Positions 30,198-39,758 of a DNA stretch of 64,000 bases are shown in pieces (position 1 is the stretch's first letter; the number at the start of each line of letters is the position of its first letter). The notes beneath the pieces are model-generated. The model was not told where the DNA came from, made no database searches, and saw nothing but the letters and a program-made list of their open reading frames with translations. Location of the stretch: assembly GCA_963736855.1 (NCBI GenBank), contig CAVTQK010000013.1, positions 64,001 through 128,000 on the forward strand, written 5' to 3'. The position numbers were made by a program, and so were the translations under genes. The stretch comes from an uncultured delta proteobacterium (GTDB taxonomy: Bacteria; Desulfobacterota; Desulfobacteria; Desulfobacterales; UBA2156).

Positions 30198-30656
30198 ATG
30201 GAAGATATTCAGCCTCATAAGCTTGTCGAAAGAGACGGATTTTCCCGCCCTTGCCTGTTTCGCGTTCCGCCAAAAACCGATGTCTCGGTCAAGATCAAGA
30301 CAGACCCGGATTCCGCTTCCCGGGAAGCGGAATCCCCTGATGAAGGCGAGGCTATCCGCTGCCGGGCATGCGGCCGGACTATAACCCGCGCAAGCGAACG
30401 AGCAGAGGTGGAAGGAGCCCATCAGCACACCTTTGCCAATCCCCAAGGGGTCGTATTTCAGATCGGATGTTTCCAATCCGCCTGGGGCTGCGCTCTGGTA
30501 GGTTCGGCCACCGATGACTTCACCTGGTTCAAGGGGTTCACTTGGCGCGTGGCCGTCTGCGGTTCCTGCCTAACCCACATGGGGTGGCTTTACGCATCCT
30601 CCGGCGGATCGTATTTTTACGGCCTCATTTTGGACCGGCTTGTCGAACGCCGATAA
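30198..30656 (+). CDS. Bacterial cereblon (CULT / thalidomide-binding domain) protein
   Basis: CRAC...FANPQG...FTWFKGFTWRVAVCGSCLTHMGWLY...FYGLILDRL (two CxxC pairs, tri-Trp pocket). Confidence 0.88.
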   Translation: MEDIQPHKLVERDGFSRPCLFRVPPKTDVSVKIKTDPDSASREAESPDEGEAIRCRACGRTITRASERAEVEGAHQHTFANPQGVVFQIGCFQSAWGCALVGSATDDFTWFKGFTWRVAVCGSCLTHMGWLYASSGGSYFYGLILDRLVERR

Positions 30657-30710
30657 ATCCGGCCATCTCGTTTGTTCCCGAATCATCGTAATGAATGGAC
30701 GGCATGGGAA

Positions 30711-32882
30711 TCACCGGAGTCTGTCCTTGAGCCCGGTATAGCGCTTCTGGGTCCGGTCATTTTTAACGCCGATGGCCAAAGCCTTTCGGGTGCCCACCAT
30801 CACCAGGAGACGCTGGGCGCGAGTGACGGCCGTGTAGATCAGGTTTCGCTGAAGCAGGATGTAGTGCTGGGTCAGCACGGGCACAATAACGGCCGGATAT
30901 TCCGACCCCTGGGATTTGTGAACCGAAACCGCATAGGCTAAAACGATCTCGTCGAGTTCGGAAAAATCATAGACCACTCCCCGGCCGTCATAGGAAACAA
31001 TGACTTCTTGTTCTTCTTTCAGGATTTCCACGATTTTTCCGATATCCCCGTTGAAGACCTCTTTGTCGTAATTATTCCGGATTTGCATCACCTTGTCGTA
31101 CATGCGGAATGCGAGTCCTCCGCGTAAGATGCCGTCCGGCCGGGGGTTCAGCTCCTGCTGGAGCTGTCGGTTGAGGTTTTCGGCGCCCACCACGCCTTTA
31201 TGCATGGGGCTTAGGACCTGGATCTCCTCAATCGGGTCGAATCCGAACCGCGAAGGGATCCGCTCCTTGGCAAGCCATAAAATGGTTTGAAGGACCTTCT
31301 CCGGATCTTCCCGGTCAATGAAATAAAAATCGGTCTTCAAATCAAAATCCTTCGGGGGGCGGATATCGGGGAATTCGCCGGCGTTAATGCGATGGGCGTT
31401 AACGATGATCCGGCTCCCCTCTGCCTGACGAAATATCTTCATCAAAGAGGCTACGGGAATTATACCGGACTCGATAATGTCCTTGAGCACGTTCCCCGCC
31501 CCCACCGACGGGAGCTGGTTCACGTCGCCCACAAGAATCAGTGTCGCACTTTCAGGGATGCCTTTCAGGAGGTGGTACATGAGAAACGTGTCGATCATGG
31601 AGGCTTCATCCAGGACCAGCAAATGACACCTCAGCAAGCGGTTTTCGTTTCGTTGAAAAGCATGCTGCTTGGGGCTGTATTCCAGGAGGCGGTGAATGGT
31701 CTTTGCTGCAAATCCGCACGCTTCGCTCATCCGCTTGGCCGCCCTCCCCGTAGGGGCAGCCAGGAGGATCCGGGCTCCCCGTTGGGCAAAAATAGCCAGA
31801 ATAGCCCGAATGATGGTGGTCTTCCCGGTTCCCGGTCCGCCGGTGATCACCAGCACCTTTTGTTTGAGGGCGGCCTGAATGGCCTTGACCTGGTCGGCTT
31901 CCAGTGCGATGGAAAGGGAACCCTGAGCCTCTTTCAAGGCCTCTTCGGGGTCCGGTATCTGCAGAGACCTGGGGGAATCGGCAAGCCTTTTTAAGGCATC
32001 TGCAATTCCGGTTTCAAACCGGTATAACCACGCCAGGTAAACCATCCGCTCCCCCGACGAATCGCAAAAATTGTCCTCCACGACGATCTTTTTCTCCCCG
32101 GCAAGCTGCTCCAGTCCGGCCGTCACTTCCTCCGATTCCGCCAAAAGGGTTTGTCGACACTTTTCAACCAGGGGAAGATACGGAAAATATACGTTTCCTT
32201 CCTCTGCCAGATTTTGCAGAGTATAGATGATGCCGGCATGGATCCGCATGGGTGCGTTTTTCGGAATGCCGAGTTTTTCGGCAATTCGATCGGCCGTTAA
32301 AAAGCCGATCCCGAAGATATCCCATGCCAAGCGATACGGATCTTCCTTCACCACGGTGATAGATTCCTTGCCGTAGGTCTTAAAGATCTTGACCGCGTAT
32401 CCCGGGCTGATCCCCTGGGCTTGCAGGAAAATCATCACGTCCCGGATTTCCTGCTGATCTTCCCAGGATTTTGTGATCATATCGATCCGCTTTTCACCGA
32501 TTCCTTCCACCTCGGATAAGCGTTCGCTTTCATTTTCGATTACCCTAAGCGTCTTTTCTCCGAAACGCTCCACGATCCTTTCGGCCATCACGGGACCGAT
32601 TCCCTTGATCATTCCCGAACCCAGGTATTTACGAATCCCATAAACCGTGGCCGGTGTCTCAGTTTTTGATTCGGTCACCCGAAACTGTTCGCCGTACTTG
32701 GGATGGTGGACCCATCTTCCCTTCATTTGCAGAATTTCGCCGGGAATCGCCGATGTCAGTTCGCCCACCACAGTCACCAGGTCTCGTTTTCCAGAGACCT
32801 TGACACGAGCGATGGTAAACCCGCTTTCGGCATCGGAATAGGTGACCCGTTCGATCTGTCCCGAAAGTTCGGCAATCTCCAT
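30711..32882 (-). CDS. recD2: ATP-dependent RecD-like DNA helicase
   Basis: HPKYGEQF, HhH IKGIGP, ITGGPGTGKTT, APTGRAAKR, DEASM, GDVNQLPSVG, HKSQGSEY, YTAVTRA. Confidence 0.95.
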   Translation of the reverse strand: MEIAELSGQIERVTYSDAESGFTIARVKVSGKRDLVTVVGELTSAIPGEILQMKGRWVHHPKYGEQFRVTESKTETPATVYGIRKYLGSGMIKGIGPVMAERIVERFGEKTLRVIENESERLSEVEGIGEKRIDMITKSWEDQQEIRDVMIFLQAQGISPGYAVKIFKTYGKESITVVKEDPYRLAWDIFGIGFLTADRIAEKLGIPKNAPMRIHAGIIYTLQNLAEEGNVYFPYLPLVEKCRQTLLAESEEVTAGLEQLAGEKKIVVEDNFCDSSGERMVYLAWLYRFETGIADALKRLADSPRSLQIPDPEEALKEAQGSLSIALEADQVKAIQAALKQKVLVITGGPGTGKTTIIRAILAIFAQRGARILLAAPTGRAAKRMSEACGFAAKTIHRLLEYSPKQHAFQRNENRLLRCHLLVLDEASMIDTFLMYHLLKGIPESATLILVGDVNQLPSVGAGNVLKDIIESGIIPVASLMKIFRQAEGSRIIVNAHRINAGEFPDIRPPKDFDLKTDFYFIDREDPEKVLQTILWLAKERIPSRFGFDPIEEIQVLSPMHKGVVGAENLNRQLQQELNPRPDGILRGGLAFRMYDKVMQIRNNYDKEVFNGDIGKIVEILKEEQEVIVSYDGRGVVYDFSELDEIVLAYAVSVHKSQGSEYPAVIVPVLTQHYILLQRNLIYTAVTRAQRLLVMVGTRKALAIGVKNDRTQKRYTGLKDRLR

Positions 32883-32883
32883 G

Positions 32884-33306
32884 CTAATCGGATTTTCTCT
32901 TCCAGTGGGGGAATCGGATGGTCCCTGCCGGATCATCCGGAGGAAAATAACTCTTAATATCGATTACCGGGGAACCGTCGAATGCATCGATGGCATCGAC
33001 CCGGATTATGGTGTCTTCAATGGCAAGGATTCTGCATCGGGCAAGTGCGATCAGATTGGGCCGCATGGGAGAGTGGGTGGCAAAGACACCGGTTAGGGGA
33101 TTCCCTTTGAGGCTGCAAGGGTGCACTTGGAGAACAGCGCGTTTTTCCGGAATATCGTTTTGGTGGAACCAGTAGAAGACATGGATGTGAGAGAACTGCT
33201 CCAGACCGAAAAGGCCCTTGCGGTACTTTTTGTAGATGATTATCCGTACATCATCATCGGATTTCCGGATGACACCTATCGGGAAAACTTGAAATGCCCT
33301 TGCCAT
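32884..33306 (-). CDS. tsaA: tRNA (N6-threonylcarbamoyladenosine(37)-N6)-methyltransferase TrmO
   Basis: GLEQFSHI, GVFATHSPMRPNLI, DAFDGSPVIDIK. Confidence 0.88.
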   Translation of the reverse strand: MARAFQVFPIGVIRKSDDDVRIIIYKKYRKGLFGLEQFSHIHVFYWFHQNDIPEKRAVLQVHPCSLKGNPLTGVFATHSPMRPNLIALARCRILAIEDTIIRVDAIDAFDGSPVIDIKSYFPPDDPAGTIRFPHWKRKSD

Positions 33307-33315
33307 GACATGTTT

Positions 33316-34134
33316 CTATCCTTGAAGCGCATTGCCGGCTTTTTCGGGCCATTTTTTCTGAACCGTTTCGGCTTTGAGGAAGTTGAAAACCTCTGGGCCT
33401 TCTTTTTCCCCTTTTTCTTTTCCGGATGCCACTCGGTGCATCCGTTCGATCATCGACTTGTCATAAATTCCCACTGGGGTTTCGATAAGTTGAAGGGTAT
33501 TCTGGATCAGGCTGTAAATCACCACAGGACCCAGCGCCTTTTCACCGGAAGCTTTGGTCACGGTTGCTCCGATAACATGGCAGTGGAGAATTTCCAGGGG
33601 CTTGGGGGCTGTGTCATAGCCCAAGAGCTCGGCAAAAAGGGTTAGGGATTCGATCACGCCATCAGAGTACCCCCGATTCAGAGAAGCGCTTCCGTCATTT
33701 TCGATCTCATCGAGGTCCGAAAGGTTAAAAGACAGATCCAGACCCCCAATCCACGCGTTGCGCACACGATTCACCGAGTCTTCCTTGGTGCTGACTTTCA
33801 CGTCTTTGTCGCTGAGAATCTTGATGGCGTTCCGGATGTTGACCATCTCTTTGATCGTGGGGCTTTTCCTCAGTCCCACATCTTCTGCCGTCGTATCATA
33901 GATGGGAAGCTCATTGTCCAAAACCAGTATCCATTTTTTACCCCCTGAAAGCTCAAGCAGGAAAAGATCCAGATCCCGTTCCTTTCTAAACTCATGGGGA
34001 CCCATCTCAATGAGACGGCGCATGGCCGATCGATCGGTCTTTTTTTCGCCTCCTGACGGCCCGATGGAAGCAATCACCTGCTCGGCCAATCGATCGATGG
34101 CAATCTTTTTGAGCAAATTTTCCTTGAAGGACAT
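33316..34134 (-). CDS. Conserved hypothetical protein
   Basis: 272-aa ORF with SD AAAGGA, co-oriented with tsaA-recD2. Confidence 0.7.
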   Translation of the reverse strand: MSFKENLLKKIAIDRLAEQVIASIGPSGGEKKTDRSAMRRLIEMGPHEFRKERDLDLFLLELSGGKKWILVLDNELPIYDTTAEDVGLRKSPTIKEMVNIRNAIKILSDKDVKVSTKEDSVNRVRNAWIGGLDLSFNLSDLDEIENDGSASLNRGYSDGVIESLTLFAELLGYDTAPKPLEILHCHVIGATVTKASGEKALGPVVIYSLIQNTLQLIETPVGIYDKSMIERMHRVASGKEKGEKEGPEVFNFLKAETVQKKWPEKAGNALQG

Positions 34135-34350
34135 GGCAATTCCTTTCTTTGGAAATGATGATTTACCTTTATCAAAAGCGGGTCCTCATGTAAAGATGGA
34201 TACTTAGGTCGTTGCCTGAACTCGATTTTTGAAAACAAATTGTTTGAAATGTCTTATCGGTTGAGTTATTAGTTATTGCCTTGATGCAGTCGGAAATCAT
34301 CCGATGGAATAATACGCACGCTCAGGGATTTGCAGGATGGGAGGTTGGCC

Positions 34351-35634
34351 ATGGAAGATACCGCCAAGATCGAATTTGCAGGAAAAACATACGAGATCCC
34401 CGTCGTTGTGGGTACGGAAGGAGAAAAGGCCATCGACATACAGGCATTGCGCCAAAAAACCGGCCTGATCACCTATGACCCGGGCTTCGGAAACACCGGA
34501 AGCTGTAAAAGCGACATAACGTTTATGGACGGCGAAAAAGGGATCCTCCGGTATCGAGGCATCCCCATCGAACAACTTGCCGAGTTCGCCACCTTCAAAG
34601 AAACATCCTATCTTCTCATCAACGGCAAACTCCCCAACCAGGCCGAACTGAACCGCTTTTCCGTGCTGCTGAACGACCATTCCCTGGTTCATGAAGACAT
34701 GCAGCATTTCTACCAGAACTTTCCCAGGGCTTCCCATCCCATGGGGATTCTCTCTTCCATGGTCAATGCCTTGAGAAGCTTTTATCCGGAACTGCAAACC
34801 ATGGAAGAGGAAATCAACATCACCGTCACACGGCTTTTGGCCAAGGTTCGGACCATGGCGGCCATGTCGTATAAGATCTCCAGAGGCCACAGGGTCATTT
34901 ATCCCCGTCCGGATCTGGCCTATACCGCCAACTTTTTAAATATGATGTTCGACTCCCCGGTAAAGCCCTACATCATCGACAGTGACGTGGCGCGCGCCCT
35001 GGAGGTCTTCTGGATCCTCCATGCGGATCACGAGCAGAACTGCTCTACATCGGCCGTTCGAGTGGTGGGGAGCGGAAGGGTCAATCTGTATGCGGCCATT
35101 TCCGCAGGAATCTCCGCCTTGTGGGGCCCCCTTCACGGCGGCGCCAATCAGGCGGTGATTGAAATGCTCACACAATCATATGAAAAGAATGTTCCGGTCC
35201 GGAAGCTGGTCGAACGGGCCAAGGATAAAAAGGATCCTTTCCGCCTGATGGGATTCGGCCATCGGGTTTACAAGGCCTATGACCCGAGGGCAAAGATCAT
35301 CAAAAAATGGTGTCATTCCCTGCTGAACAAGCTTCGCATCTCCGATCCGCTCCTGGACATCGCCTTGGAGCTGGAGGAAATCGCCCTCAAGGACGATTAT
35401 TTCATTCAAAAACACCTGTATCCCAATGTGGACTTTTACAGCGGCATTGTTCTGAGAACCATCGGTTTTCCCACCAATATGTTCACCGTGCTGTTCGCCA
35501 TAGGCCGTCTTCCCGGCTGGATCGCCCAATGGAAGGAAAGCATGGATGACCCTGACTGGCGGCTTTCCCGTCCTAGACAGATCTATATGGGTAGCCCCCA
35601 ATATGATTATATCCCGGTGGAAGAAAGGGATTGA
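34351..35634 (+). CDS. gltA: Citrate synthase (Si type)
   Basis: GILRYRGIPIEQL, LHADHEQNCSTS, GPLHGGAN, MGFGHRVYK..DPRA, YPNVDFYSG. Confidence 0.96.
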   Translation: MEDTAKIEFAGKTYEIPVVVGTEGEKAIDIQALRQKTGLITYDPGFGNTGSCKSDITFMDGEKGILRYRGIPIEQLAEFATFKETSYLLINGKLPNQAELNRFSVLLNDHSLVHEDMQHFYQNFPRASHPMGILSSMVNALRSFYPELQTMEEEINITVTRLLAKVRTMAAMSYKISRGHRVIYPRPDLAYTANFLNMMFDSPVKPYIIDSDVARALEVFWILHADHEQNCSTSAVRVVGSGRVNLYAAISAGISALWGPLHGGANQAVIEMLTQSYEKNVPVRKLVERAKDKKDPFRLMGFGHRVYKAYDPRAKIIKKWCHSLLNKLRISDPLLDIALELEEIALKDDYFIQKHLYPNVDFYSGIVLRTIGFPTNMFTVLFAIGRLPGWIAQWKESMDDPDWRLSRPRQIYMGSPQYDYIPVEERD

Positions 35635-35840
35635 AGAACCAATTTTGTGCATCCCTAAGAAAACGCTACTCTTCTTTTACCCAACAGGGTTAAGGAACCC
35701 TGCTTAAAGCATCCGTGATGCGCCGACCTTCCTGGGCCAAGCCCATGGCAGACATTAAAGCCACCGCAAGCACCCAGACCACGACACCGAAAAAACGAAG
35801 CCGATTGGCATCAGGACTTCTTTTCGATCTGCGAATGCGT

Positions 35841-36647
35841 TCATACTCTTTTTCTTTTCCTGTGTTGCAGCAGCGCACCGGCGAAATCCTTTATTTCCGA
35901 AGCTGCAATCTCGGGATCAAGCGGTTTTCCCTCAAAACACGCCGACTGAATCTCTTCCTGAAAACCTATCGTTCCGATTACGGGCACACCGAGTTCGGTC
36001 ATCTTCTTTATGACCCGATCCTTTTGATCCTGTGATGAGATTTTATTGAGAAAGGCACCCAAAAAGGTTGCACCGGAGGATTGGGTCAAATCCATCACCT
36101 TTTTGGAAAGCGAAATGGACTCCAAAGAGGGTTCCACCACACTGATAACCCCGTCGACACTGGCTTCCACGCCTCGCCCGAAATGTTCGATGCCGGCCTC
36201 CATATCCACCAGCATGATCTCATTTTCGGCCAGTTGGAAATTTTTCAGAAACTCCCGGGTCACCCTCCCCATGGCGCAGGCACACCCTTCCATGGCCTGA
36301 TGAATCTTGCCCGTGGACACCAACTTTAATCCATCCTTTTCAATCATGTAGCCCGATGGAAGGGATCGGCTGGTTATGCTTGCCATTTCCCAGATGGACA
36401 TGGTCGGTTCATTTTCGCCTCTTGAAAATTGGGTGAGCATCTTTTTCTGGATGTTCTTTCTGCCTCCAAAGAAATCCATCAGGGGTTGAGGCGGTCGTTC
36501 AAACCCGAGCATCCAAAACAGACTCGAGTTTGATTCATCGGAATCCAGCACGATCGCCTCTTGGCCGTGTTGCCTGAAGCCACGGGCAAGAAGGGTCAAT
36601 ACCGTACTTTTTCCGCTTCCACCCTTTCCGCAAATACATATTTTCAC
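35841..36647 (-). CDS. cooC: CooC-like Ni-insertion ATPase
   Basis: GTG start; KICICGKGGSGKST, DSDES, EGCACAM, VDMEAGIEHFGRG. Confidence 0.85.
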   Translation of the reverse strand: MKICICGKGGSGKSTVLTLLARGFRQHGQEAIVLDSDESNSSLFWMLGFERPPQPLMDFFGGRKNIQKKMLTQFSRGENEPTMSIWEMASITSRSLPSGYMIEKDGLKLVSTGKIHQAMEGCACAMGRVTREFLKNFQLAENEIMLVDMEAGIEHFGRGVEASVDGVISVVEPSLESISLSKKVMDLTQSSGATFLGAFLNKISSQDQKDRVIKKMTELGVPVIGTIGFQEEIQSACFEGKPLDPEIAASEIKDFAGALLQHRKRKRV

Positions 36648-36954
36648 CGTTCCCTCTCCTTTCATAACCTTTTTCGCCGGCTCTAAAATAAAAAGGCCGT
36701 GAAGGCGCATCGCAAAGTTAGCAGCCTTCATGGCTTGTTGATTGTATATATGTTGACTCTTAAGGATCAGCGTTTACTACTTTTGAAAAATTCCGGCGGC
36801 TTCCGCCGTCTCATTAAAAAAGATCATACGCATGGGCATGTTTATTGTCAACCTTTTCTCTTTTTCTCCGATTGGAACTCTCAGCCTTTTAAAGTTTCGG
36901 TTGACCCTAGGCCCTTCTGCAGATATCTCTATTTCTTTCGATAAAGGGTTTTTC

Positions 36955-37539
36955 ATGATGGTCACCAATTCAATAATTCGATGCCACTGGACCGGGGATG
37001 ACCCCCTCATGATGAAATATCATGATGAAGAATGGGGGGTTCCGGTTCATGATGATCGGAAATGGTTCGAATATATGGTCCTGGATGCATTTCAGGCAGG
37101 GCTTTCCTGGAAGATCGTCCTGAACAAGAGGGAGGCGCTCAGGCAGGTTTTCCACGGCTTTGACCCTGCTGGCGCGGCCGTGATGTCCGACGCAGAGATC
37201 GAGTCGGCCATCCAGGATCAAAGGATCATCCGCAACCGTCTCAAGATCCGGGCGGCCGTGGAGAATGCCCGGGCATTTCTAAAGCTTCAACAAGAGCACA
37301 GCACCTTTGACGCGTTCATCTGGACTTTCACCAAGGGCAAAACCGTCCACAACCGATTCAAACGCCCGGATCAGCTCCCCGCCAAGACATCCCTTTCGGA
37401 CGCAGTGAGCAAGGCGTTGAAAGGGGCGGGGTTTCGTTTCGTGGGAAGCACGATATGCTACGCTTTCCTCCAAGCCGGCGGAATCGTGAACGACCACCTG
37501 ATGAGCTGTTACCGATACCCTGAGCTTCGGGAAAGATAG
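36955..37539 (+). CDS. tag: DNA-3-methyladenine glycosylase I
   Basis: RCHW...YHDEEWG, QAGLSW, IIRNRLKI, GFRFVGSTICYAFLQA.G.VNDH..C. Confidence 0.95.
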   Translation: MMVTNSIIRCHWTGDDPLMMKYHDEEWGVPVHDDRKWFEYMVLDAFQAGLSWKIVLNKREALRQVFHGFDPAGAAVMSDAEIESAIQDQRIIRNRLKIRAAVENARAFLKLQQEHSTFDAFIWTFTKGKTVHNRFKRPDQLPAKTSLSDAVSKALKGAGFRFVGSTICYAFLQAGGIVNDHLMSCYRYPELRER

Positions 37540-37559
37540 CGATTTACACTGCCCGTTCC

Positions 37560-37935
37560 AGCTGGATTACGCACAACTTGAATTCGAAAATCTTGGAAAC
37601 CGAATCCAGAGCCTCGTCCCAGGTCGTCTCCCGGAAACTTCCCTTTTCCTTGATCCGCGGGGTCCTGAGTCGATCCGGAGAAGCGCGAACTTTGCGCGGT
37701 TCCCAAGGTCGATGGGCGTATCGCACGCCCTTTTCGACGAGGGCGCCTACAGGGTGAACATAACATTGGAGCCGAAGGGGTGGTCCTCCGATTCCACGAT
37801 CTTGGTCTCCAATCCGCGGTATCCGAAGTCGATGGCGTGATTGACCTGGATATCGTTGCACTCCTGGGCGCATCGGCCGCAAAGGATGCAACGGGAAAAG
37901 CCGCGTATAATGAAGGGATTGACGGACTCATGGGT
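37560..37935 (-). pseudogene. Degraded, internally deleted fragment of a formate dehydrogenase alpha / Fe-S molybdopterin oxidoreductase
   Basis: NPFIIRGFSRCILCGRCAQECNDIQVNHAIDFGYRG in one frame and SPDRLRTPRIKEKGSFRETTWDEALD in another; only ~370 bp. Confidence 0.75.
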
Positions 37936-38140
37936 TTCGGGTCTCAACGCCCGGAAACCGGATGAACCAAATTTCATACACATCGTCCCAACAGGTGGAA
38001 TGGAAAAGCCCGCCAACCGCCTCGCCGTCTGTCACATACTTGTTATAAAGATTGACCGCGGTTTGAGTCTCTTTGAAGTGGTACCCGATTCGATGATCTC
38101 TTAATTATTTTATCGTCTCAGGGGCCAATCCGAGCCTTAA

Positions 38141-38276
38141 CAGGGTGTTGACAAAATACAAAAAAAGCTTTAAAAATAAGGTTTTTTACTATCAAACTGC
38201 AAGTAGTTAAAATCATTTAATGTTATATCTAACTATTTCAATAAGTTAGATTGATAAGGAGTTTTTCAACAACCTG
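38141..38276. mobile_element. MITE of a second TIR family, flanked by TTAA
   Basis: TTAA|CAGGGTGTTGACAAAA...TTTTTCAACAACCTG|TTAA with an AT-rich interior. Confidence 0.7.
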
Positions 38277-38293
38277 TTAAATGAGTTTATACC

Positions 38294-39295
38294 ATGGAAA
38301 ATCTTGACCCCAGAGAGAAAAGAAAGGATCCGCGCTTTCCCTTGGCAAGGGAAGAAGCTGTATACTGCATCATCTATCGGGCAGGTGCACGAAGAAAGAC
38401 CATTACTTTAGTCGTATTGGATTTTAGCGAAAAAGGTTTTAAATTCATGCTCGAAGGATATTTGGGAAGCGAGTTCTCAATTGGAGAAAATCTGTTTCTC
38501 ATGGAAATCATCGGCACAAGAAATGTAAAATTCCAAAATCCGATTGAACTCGTCGTCAGATGGAAGAATAAAGATAAAGAAAGGATAGATATTGGTTGTG
38601 AGATTAGTCAAATCACAACGGATTCCAGGAAACAATTTATCGCCTTTATTGAAGCCGAAGCTCCCTTCAGCGGTATGAGGTATAAAGATCAACTTCCCAA
38701 AACCTCAAGAAAAATCATTCCTTCGGAAAGTACTTTGGAAGTTGACCACCGAAAAAGTGGCGGAAATATCAATCCTTCTCAGCGAGCAGTCGGGTATAAA
38801 TATTGGTTGATCGGAATTAGCGGAGGATTTTTGATACTGCTATTAGGGTTTTTATTTATTCTGCAAACCACAGGAACATTCACGGAGCGCCTTGAAAGAA
38901 TTGAGAACGACCATAATACTTCACAAACAGCCCTCAAACCCGCCGAAGAGATAGAGGCCACCATAAAATTGATCGAGTCAAGAATAAACGAGTCGGAGGC
39001 ATTAATACAGAAAAGCAATAATCAGTTCAATACCGTTGAAAAAAGGATTGCCGAGCTGGAACAAAAAATCTTGCGGCTGGAAAGTCTTTCCGCCTCTAAG
39101 AAATCTTCGGTATCAGATACCACAATTTCAAGGAAAAGTTCTAAGCTGAACGAGCGTTACCACATCGTGCAACAGGGAGAAAATTTATTTAGAATTTCAT
39201 TGAAATACAATGTATCTCTCAAACAGTTGGCAGAAATGAATGGTATGAAGCCAACTGATATTATACGCACTGGGCAACAAATAATAATTAATTGA
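38294..39295 (+). CDS. PilZ - TM - coiled coil - LysM protein
   Basis: EKRKDPR (RxxxR) and DFSEKG (DxSxxG); TM WLIGISGGFLILLLGFLFIL; heptad region; YHIVQQGENLFRISLKYNVSLKQLAEMNGM..TDIIRTGQQIII. Confidence 0.82.
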   Translation: MENLDPREKRKDPRFPLAREEAVYCIIYRAGARRKTITLVVLDFSEKGFKFMLEGYLGSEFSIGENLFLMEIIGTRNVKFQNPIELVVRWKNKDKERIDIGCEISQITTDSRKQFIAFIEAEAPFSGMRYKDQLPKTSRKIIPSESTLEVDHRKSGGNINPSQRAVGYKYWLIGISGGFLILLLGFLFILQTTGTFTERLERIENDHNTSQTALKPAEEIEATIKLIESRINESEALIQKSNNQFNTVEKRIAELEQKILRLESLSASKKSSVSDTTISRKSSKLNERYHIVQQGENLFRISLKYNVSLKQLAEMNGMKPTDIIRTGQQIIIN

Positions 39296-39758
39296 TTTTA
39301 TGACAGAATTTTGGTTTTAAGCGAGATGAATATCTGCGCTAGTCCTATGCGACACGCACCTTCAGACATGTAAAAAATCCTCTCAAACGAGTCCACCTGG
39401 AACTGACCAACGTCTGCGACGCGTTTCTGAACCAATGACCCAGATCAGGGGAGAATTACGCTACAGGTCATGAGAGTGACGGGGTCATCGTAGAGCGTTG
39501 TCGATGGATTTTTCAATAATGCGCTTAGCCAATTAATTCATTTCTTGTTTTTTATTCTTTGATTATTATGTTGCCCCAGTTTCATCGAAGATTACTTGCC
39601 ATAGCTCTCGGCAAGAAATTGTCTATTTTGGTAAATATTGAAACTGCCATTCTCCCTATAAACTTTTCTCAATTGCTTTTTAGTGGCCATAGTATACTCT
39701 ATCAAAGTATTCAAATCCCGAAGATGGTATTCAACCTAAAAATCAACAAGACAAGCAT

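Noticed and set aside
35690..35878. 62-aa ORF with a hydrophobic, signal-like stretch after cooC
   Set aside because: Overlaps the cooC end and has no convincing start; at most a gene remnant.
37560..37935. Selenocysteine read-through rescuing the FDH-like fragment
   Set aside because: The break involves a TAG, a frameshift and a large deletion, not an in-frame TGA.
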